A stretch of 64,000 bases of DNA from a virus: IMG/VR virus record IMGVR_UViG_3300024253_000006; one strand, given 5' to 3'. This document shows positions 58,667-64,000 of the stretch, piece by piece. The notes below the pieces were generated by a model that worked only from the letters and a program-made list of their open reading frames with translations, was not told the DNA's origin and ran no database searches. Positions within the stretch are counted from its first letter, which is position 1; every line of letters begins with the position of its first letter. Made by a program: the position numbers and the translations under genes.

Positions 58667-59011
58667 TTGGAAGTTATGAAAATTGCCCAGAAATGGGAAG
58701 ATATGGCAATTTACTTGTACATCGCCATGAAGCAGTATCCGAAGACGGAACGGCATACGCTCGTGGCCGATACCACAAACGCCCTATGGAATATAGGAAC
58801 TTATATCACAAGGGCGAATGCGGTTCGGTCACCATCGGAGCGCCGCCATCTTATCGAGGATGCCGACATGGAACTTGCGAGGCTAAAAGTGCTCGTGCGA
58901 ATGGGCATGCTCTTAAAGTTTATGGACATGAAGAAATACGGAGCCCTTTCGGGTCAGATGGTAGAAGTTGGAAAAATGCTGGGCGGGTGGTTACGCTCGC
59001 CTGGCGTTTAG
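58667..59011 (+). CDS. avd: DGR accessory variability determinant
   Basis: 114-aa basic helical protein: YPKTER..L, ELARLK..VR, EVGKMLGGW; lies between target and TR. Confidence 0.9.
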   Translation: MEVMKIAQKWEDMAIYLYIAMKQYPKTERHTLVADTTNALWNIGTYITRANAVRSPSERRHLIEDADMELARLKVLVRMGMLLKFMDMKKYGALSGQMVEVGKMLGGWLRSPGV

Positions 59012-59032
59012 GGGCATGGCTGTAATCTTGTG

Positions 59033-59147
59033 GCGTTTTCCGCTCCGCGGTGGCAACTGGAACAATGGCGCGAATGCTGGCTTGGCATATCTGAATCTGA
59101 ATAATCGCCGCGCGAACTCGAACAACAACATCGGGTTCCGTCCTGCT
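59033..59147 (+). ncRNA. DGR template repeat (TR), followed by a structured spacer to ~59320
   Basis: 11 AAC/AAT codons (GGNWNNGANAGLAYLNLNNRRANSNNNIGFRPA), 25 adenines; downstream CCATGA..TCATGG and GGAGC..GCTCC hairpins. Confidence 0.95.
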
Positions 59148-59320
59148 CTCTCTCGATGCCGGAAGCCATGATCCTACGGGCTCATGGACAGTGCATAGAG
59201 AAAAAGGAGCCTTGCTCCTTCCCAGGGATATGTGAGGGAGAATATATATAGGCGCGGACGACCAGTAGAGACCATGCGGCCCGAACGCGGTCTGCGCTAT
59301 TTTTTATCGAGGCGGCAACC

Positions 59321-60370
59321 GTGAAGACATATAATAACCTTTTCGATATGGTAGTTGAGTTTGAAAATTTGTATAAAGCATATGATAAAGCCAAAAGAGG
59401 TAAACGATACCGTATTCAAGCGCTTCATTTCAAGAAAAATCTGGAGGAGAATCTAATAGAAATACAAAATGAGCTGATCTGGCATATGTATAAACCATTG
59501 TCATACAGGCAGTTTTGGGTGTACGATCCTAAAAAGAGGCTTATTTCTGCGCCTGCATTCCGCGATAGGGTAGTGCATCATGCTCTTATTCAGGTTATAG
59601 AACCCATTTTTGAAAAAAAATTCATACCAGATTCCTTTGCATGCAGAAAAGGCATGGGAACACATTCTGCGGTTGCCCGCACACAACATTTTGAAAGGGT
59701 TGTCTATCGAAATTATGGAGACTTTTATGTGCTGAAGCTGGATGTGCGGAAGTTTTTCCCTTCGGTAAACCATGATATCCTGAAAAGAGAATTTACGAGA
59801 ATAATATCAGATAAAAGGTTGCATGAGATTTACAGCACTATAATAGATAGTTTCGAGCCGAATGGGCGCGGGCTTCCAATTGGAGCATTGACAAGCCAAC
59901 TATCAGCAAATATGTATCTGAATCCATTGGACCATTACATAAAAGATATCTGTGGTGAACGGTATTATGTTCGCTATATGGACGACATGGTAATCATTCA
60001 TCCATCGAAGAACCACCTGAGATATCTATGGAAGATGATCGAAAGGTATCTCAATGAGTACCTTGATCTACAATTGAATCCGAAATCGAAAATCTTTCAT
60101 TGGACCCAGGGAATCGATTTCTGCGGATATAGAATTTGGCCTACTCATATCAAGCCAAGGAAAACAACATTGAAAAGGGCTCGAAGACGTCTCAAAAAAT
60201 ATTCAGAAATGTATCAAAACAATCCTGAAATTTTGGTAAAAGCTCGCCAGAGTATTATGTCGTTTCTTGGCTATGTAAAGCATTGCCAATGCTATAACAC
60301 GACAAGATCAACGTTAGATAGTATTGTTTTTAAAGCCTCGAATGTTGACTTTAGGGATAGGATGAAGTAG
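59321..60370 (+). CDS. DGR reverse transcriptase
   Basis: FRDRVVHHAL, SFACRKG.G.H, LPIGALTSQLSAN, YVRYMDD, GIDFCGY. Confidence 0.95.
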   Translation: MKTYNNLFDMVVEFENLYKAYDKAKRGKRYRIQALHFKKNLEENLIEIQNELIWHMYKPLSYRQFWVYDPKKRLISAPAFRDRVVHHALIQVIEPIFEKKFIPDSFACRKGMGTHSAVARTQHFERVVYRNYGDFYVLKLDVRKFFPSVNHDILKREFTRIISDKRLHEIYSTIIDSFEPNGRGLPIGALTSQLSANMYLNPLDHYIKDICGERYYVRYMDDMVIIHPSKNHLRYLWKMIERYLNEYLDLQLNPKSKIFHWTQGIDFCGYRIWPTHIKPRKTTLKRARRRLKKYSEMYQNNPEILVKARQSIMSFLGYVKHCQCYNTTRSTLDSIVFKASNVDFRDRMK

Positions 60371-60383
60371 AATTCTTTCAGCG

Positions 60384-60445
60384 CGCCAATTGGAGAATTG
60401 GGCCGGTACTCTCTCAGAGAGATGCCGGCCCTTTTTCTTTTTACG
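60384..60445 (+). terminator. Leader hairpin/terminator-like element, copy C
   Basis: GCCAATTGGAGAATT-GGGCCGGTACTCTCT-CAG-AGAGATGCCGGCCC followed by a T-tract. Confidence 0.7.
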
Positions 60446-60460
60446 GTGCCGGGGGCACGG

Positions 60461-60844
60461 ATGTCAGGCGAAGAAGATAAACAACATGTCATAAAAGATC
60501 ATGAGCGACGATTTACAGAGATAAAAGAGGCGCAAAGAGATCACGAGAAACGCCTCAAATCTCTGGAAGAGGTTTTTGCAAGACAAGACGAAAAACAAAA
60601 ACAGATATTTATGACGCTTGGAGAAATAAAGCAATTGCTGACATCATCAATGGAAGACATGAAAAAAGACAATGAGAAAACAATAGCTGATATGAAAAAC
60701 ATTATTGCCCCTCTATCAGAGGATGTCGAAAGTCTTAAAAGTAAGCCCGGCAAAACATGGGAGAGGATCAAATATGCATTGATCTCCGCCATTATTTCCG
60801 GCATTGTCGGCGTGTTGATAGGTCTTGCTTTTGGCGGTAAATAG
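60461..60844 (+). CDS. Coiled-coil protein with C-terminal membrane anchor (lysis-cassette associated)
   Basis: Coiled coil then YALISAIISGIVGVLIGLAF; upstream of the endolysin. Confidence 0.65.
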   Translation: MSGEEDKQHVIKDHERRFTEIKEAQRDHEKRLKSLEEVFARQDEKQKQIFMTLGEIKQLLTSSMEDMKKDNEKTIADMKNIIAPLSEDVESLKSKPGKTWERIKYALISAIISGIVGVLIGLAFGGK

Positions 60845-60859
60845 AGGCCGCCGGAGGAA

Positions 60860-61459
60860 TTGATATTGAAACCAAGGGAATTATCGCATGAAGACTATAG
60901 GAGTGCAGCAGAATTACTTGGGTGCGACATCGCAATAATTCAGGCTTTCTCCAAAGTAGAATCGAGCGGCTACGGTTTTTGGCAATTTGGTACTGACGAA
61001 TGGCGCCCTGTCATTTTGTTTGAAGCGCATTATTTTTCCCGTTTGACAAACCATGTGTACGATGAATCCCACCCCAAAATATCCTCGCGAACCTATGATG
61101 GCACACTCTATCTTTATGGGAAACATGAATATGACAGGCTTGATGAAGCGTGCTCCTTGGATCGCAGCGCGGGCCTACAGTCCGCGTCTTGGGGGCGCTT
61201 CCAAATAATGGGCGCGAATTGGGAACGCGCCGGCGCCGAATCACTGCAAGATTTTATCAACAAGATGTATAGTATAAAGAATAACTCAGAGGCCGATCAT
61301 CTTGATGCGTTTTGCCATTTTATCCTTTCGAATTCGGATCTCCATAACGCCTTGATACAACATGATTTTATCACCATGGCGCGTCTCTACAATGGCTCAG
61401 GGGCGGTTCAAGGTTACTCTCAAAAACTCAAAAAAGCCTATGATGAGATGAATATATGA
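60860..61459 (+). CDS. Endolysin, N-acetylmuramidase (DUF3380) family
   Basis: AFSKVESSG, ILFEAHYF, SASWGRFQIMG.N, FITMARLYNG. Confidence 0.9.
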   Translation: MILKPRELSHEDYRSAAELLGCDIAIIQAFSKVESSGYGFWQFGTDEWRPVILFEAHYFSRLTNHVYDESHPKISSRTYDGTLYLYGKHEYDRLDEACSLDRSAGLQSASWGRFQIMGANWERAGAESLQDFINKMYSIKNNSEADHLDAFCHFILSNSDLHNALIQHDFITMARLYNGSGAVQGYSQKLKKAYDEMNI

Positions 61460-61758
61460 AAACGAGGAAAGCGACCGCCTTTTGGGCGACATTCTGGGCT
61501 CTTTTGGGGATATATGGATTCACCGCACTGGTGGTTCCATCGGCTCTCTCTGTTGTGGGGACTACTATCATTGGCGCTCTAGCATTCGCAGGTTTTGGAT
61601 ATCAGGCTGCTCAGGTGGGGGACGCCTGGCAAAAATCAGCAAACTATCGCCCGGAGCTTGATCGAGAAAAAGATAGGCAGAAGAGACAATATACCGACCA
61701 AGAGGCTCGGTCTACGCGCATTCCTAAAGTTTCCGATGGCGAGGATATAAATGGCTGA
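61456..61758 (+). CDS. Putative holin
   Basis: Two predicted TM segments and a charged C-terminal tail; next to the endolysin. Confidence 0.65.
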   Translation: MKTRKATAFWATFWALLGIYGFTALVVPSALSVVGTTIIGALAFAGFGYQAAQVGDAWQKSANYRPELDREKDRQKRQYTDQEARSTRIPKVSDGEDING

Positions 61759-62038
61759 ATTGTTGAAAATGGTTCGCGGTTCAAAAGGAAAAATGTATTA
61801 TATGTTTTTCTGCCCCGCATGCAATCATTGCCATGTAATTGATGACACATGGGCAATTTCAGATATGCCAGACAGCCCCACGGTCAGACCTTCGGTTTTG
61901 GTCAATACTAAAAATTCGCCATATTATGAATCCCGTCTTCCAACTTGCCATTTATTTATCATGGACGGAAAGCTGCAATATCTGTCAGATTGTACGCATG
62001 CGTTCTCAGGGAAGACGGTTTCGATGCAGCCTATATAA
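61751..62038 (+). CDS. DUF6527-like Zn-binding protein
   Basis: FFCPACNHCH, PTVRPSVL, CHLFI.DG.LQYLSDCTH. Confidence 0.75.
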   Translation: MAELLKMVRGSKGKMYYMFFCPACNHCHVIDDTWAISDMPDSPTVRPSVLVNTKNSPYYESRLPTCHLFIMDGKLQYLSDCTHAFSGKTVSMQPI

Positions 62039-62050
62039 ACGGAGGTGGGA

Positions 62051-62950
62051 ATGTGTTATTTAAAATTGCCTCATATCTTGCGAAAGTTCCTATTGGGATA
62101 CGCTATTTTGTTCTTGGCCTTCTCTGTGCCTTTATTGTCAGCGCAGTCATTGGAGTCAGCGCAAATAACCACATTAAAAACGAACTTGAGCGAAGCCTTG
62201 ACGATAATACGACAATTAAAACAGAACTTGAAAGACAGAGAGGACTTAATATCGCGGAGAGAGCAAGCATTAGCGCAGAGCGAAACGGAATTGCAGACGA
62301 GAGAAAACAACTGGATAGAGAGAGACAAAGCAATACAGAAGAGAGAGCAAGAAATACAAGCGACAGAGACGCGAATCAACGAGAGAATGAGCGCCTTGCA
62401 AGCGAACGAGAGCGATTATCAAGAGAGACTGCAAGCATTGATGAAGGAAAACGAAGCCTTGATGCAAGAGAAGCAAGCATTGGAGATAGAGAAACAGCAA
62501 TTAGTCAGCGAGAGACAGACATTGGAGCAAGAGAAGGCAGACTTACAGAAAGAGAAAGACGAAATAGTGAAACAGAAAGTCGACTTAACGCAGAGAGAGA
62601 CCGATTATCAGGAGAGAATGGCCGAATTATCGCAGAGGGAAAGCGACTTGCGAACGAGAGAGGCCAACTCGACAGCGAGAGAGCAAGCCTTGAATCAGAG
62701 AGACAGCGACTTGCAAATGAAGGAACAGACATTGAATCAGAGAAGCAACGACTTGCAGATGAGAGAGCAGAACTTGAGCGAGAGAGAGACCTCGCAAGCA
62801 TCGCTGGAGACGGCTTTGACCGACTTGAACAACTCATTAAAGAAAGCATTAACATCCTTGAAATGGGAGAAGGCGAGCAAAATAGCCCTTGAAATAGTTA
62901 TAGGAATTTTGGCCATAGGCTGGGGGCTTGATGCTATTGGCGTTTACTAA
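62051..62950 (+). CDS. Signal-peptide + long coiled coil + C-terminal hydrophobic segment protein (spanin-like candidate, frame B)
   Basis: FLLGYAILFLAFSVPLLSA-QS, heptad repeats, IALEIVIGILAIGWGLDAIGVY. Confidence 0.7.
   Translation: MCYLKLPHILRKFLLGYAILFLAFSVPLLSAQSLESAQITTLKTNLSEALTIIRQLKQNLKDREDLISRREQALAQSETELQTRENNWIERDKAIQKREQEIQATETRINERMSALQANESDYQERLQALMKENEALMQEKQALEIEKQQLVSERQTLEQEKADLQKEKDEIVKQKVDLTQRETDYQERMAELSQRESDLRTREANSTAREQALNQRDSDLQMKEQTLNQRSNDLQMREQNLSERETSQASLETALTDLNNSLKKALTSLKWEKASKIALEIVIGILAIGWGLDAIGVY
62053..62892 (+). CDS. Overlapping N-terminally anchored coiled-coil protein (i-spanin-like candidate, frame A)
   Basis: GTG start 7 nt after GGAGG; YFVLGLLCAFIVSAVIGV TM segment then ~240 aa of heptads, no stop for 279 codons. 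Confidence 0.6.
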   Translation: MLFKIASYLAKVPIGIRYFVLGLLCAFIVSAVIGVSANNHIKNELERSLDDNTTIKTELERQRGLNIAERASISAERNGIADERKQLDRERQSNTEERARNTSDRDANQRENERLASERERLSRETASIDEGKRSLDAREASIGDRETAISQRETDIGAREGRLTERERRNSETESRLNAERDRLSGENGRIIAEGKRLANERGQLDSERASLESERQRLANEGTDIESEKQRLADERAELERERDLASIAGDGFDRLEQLIKESINILEMGEGEQNSP

Positions 62951-62980
62951 ATCTCATGGAGAATACGTGATAAAACAGCG

Positions 62981-64000
62981 ATGCAAAAACCCAAAGAATG
63001 CCCATTTTGTCATTCACTTCGAATTGGACTAAAACAGACCTTCTCTGACCGAGTGCGTTGGAAATGTGGAGATTGTAAAAAGTCTTGGTCCACTCCTAAC
63101 ACAGAAAAGGATGCTCCCAAGATATTTACGCAAGAGGCTTCCGCCTTCACCTCCAATAAAAAGGTTGGAGAATTTGATTGGCGCGAATGGACTCCTCACC
63201 TTATGGAGAGGCAGCAACTTCACGAGAAAGCATCTTTCAGCCAGGACAAAGCCGAACTCCATCTTCGGACAGTGTATCGCTACATAGTATGGAAACATAT
63301 AGCAGATACGCATTTGGGAGACATAGGTTCAGATTATGGGTATTTTAAAGATGTATCGGATCAAGTCCTTTCCATTCCCTATCTCTATATCAGCCTCGGT
63401 GGAGATCCGGAGGACGATTTTATCAGTTTCAAAAATCAATTACCGATCGTGCAGCAGATTCTTTCGCCTGCAGAGCAGGATGAATTCCTTGAAAGCTGGC
63501 TAGATGAAATATACCCCAAGCTTCTTTTTGCAAACTGGGGGAATCATTGTATTACTCCTGATTATAATGTTTTAACTAAGCGCGGATGGTTGAAATATAA
63601 TGAGCTGATTGCATCTGATGAAATCCTCAGTTATGATGTTGGGAAAAATAAATGCGTATGGGATAAAATTAATCACATTATTATCAATAATATTGACGAT
63701 AATATCGTGGAATATTCAACTAGGGGATTTAAATTTTCTGGAACGACCAACCATAGGATGCTAGGGCAAAAAGCTTGGGATCGCAAAAATGGAAACTATA
63801 AATATTATTTGGCAGATGAACTGTCCAATGATATATTTTATATCAAATCTTCGGCTGCCTTTGGTAGTAGTGATTATCCGATTAGCGATAATATATTAAG
63901 ATTGTCTGGATGGATGATTACTGATGGCTGTATTTATAATTCAAGTGGAGGTATACCTGATTATCGTATATATCAATCTAAACCACATTTTAAAATAGAG
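62981..64000 (+). CDS. Zn-ribbon + calcineurin-like metallophosphoesterase with intein, truncated by the window end (not in the ORF track)
   Basis: Manual translation: CPFC..CGDC, ADTHLG, LGGD, WGNH followed by intein start; open to the end of the window. Confidence 0.8.
   Translation, partial: MQKPKECPFCHSLRIGLKQTFSDRVRWKCGDCKKSWSTPNTEKDAPKIFTQEASAFTSNKKVGEFDWREWTPHLMERQQLHEKASFSQDKAELHLRTVYRYIVWKHIADTHLGDIGSDYGYFKDVSDQVLSIPYLYISLGGDPEDDFISFKNQLPIVQQILSPAEQDEFLESWLDEIYPKLLFANWGNHCITPDYNVLTKRGWLKYNELIASDEILSYDVGKNKCVWDKINHIIINNIDDNIVEYSTRGFKFSGTTNHRMLGQKAWDRKNGNYKYYLADELSNDIFYIKSSAAFGSSDYPISDNILRLSGWMITDGCIYNSSGGIPDYRIYQSKPHFKIE
63548..64000 (+). mobile_element. Intein (N-terminal part) with LAGLIDADG motif
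   Basis: CITPDYNVLTKRGW, GTTNHRML, RLSGWMITDG; AT-rich. Confidence 0.85.

Larger units (their letters stand above)
57474..60370 (+). mobile_element. Diversity-generating retroelement core cassette (target-avd-TR-RT)
   Basis: Canonical gene order and TR/VR adenine-biased mismatches. Confidence 0.95.

Noticed and set aside
58968-59171. 67-aa ORF spanning the TR as a protein gene
   Set aside because: It is the Asn-rich reading of the template repeat, which functions as RNA.
62505-62855. Ser/Leu/Arg-rich antisense ORFs in the coiled-coil region
   Set aside because: Complement of the GAGA-rich periodic sequence; no start context.
1-64000. tRNA/rRNA genes and additional VR copies
   Set aside because: None recognised by eye; GGGTTCCGTCC was noticed only at the three VRs and the TR. 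A tRNA scan and an exhaustive TR search would be needed to exclude others.

Overview
The window is essentially one long tailed-phage (probably temperate myovirus or prophage) genome segment. Almost all genes are on the + strand. From left to right: (i) a left-end secreted protein gene, a convergent gene, and a divergent pair of ribbon-helix-helix regulators; (ii) a lambdoid-style recombination/replication module (YqaJ exonuclease, SMC-like ATPase, DnaQ-like exonuclease, RecT, replication initiator with internal iterons, DnaC-like loader) plus accessory genes; (iii) terminase, portal, an intein-containing MuF-like protein, a 2065-aa polyvalent protein and a 1633-aa SNF2-helicase protein; (iv) protease/scaffold, major capsid, neck, contractile sheath, tube, tape measure, baseplate and fibre genes; (v) a complete diversity-generating retroelement (target, Avd, TR, RT); (vi) a lysis cassette; (vii) a truncated intein-containing metallophosphoesterase. 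The main finding is that the single DGR template repeat matches three variable repeats. The two remote targets in the non-structural region (about 55 kb and 42 kb away) match the TR with mostly or almost purely adenine-specific changes, while the adjacent tail-module target has drifted. Other notable items: two ~280-300-aa membrane-anchored coiled-coil ORFs fully overlapping in different frames behind one Shine-Dalgarno in the lysis cassette; a three-copy covarying leader hairpin; and a 150-bp inverted copy of the MuF 3' end in the left-end gene. All family assignments come from motif recognition by eye, with no database searches. No integrase, tRNA, rRNA or CRISPR array was recognised, and the host cannot be determined.
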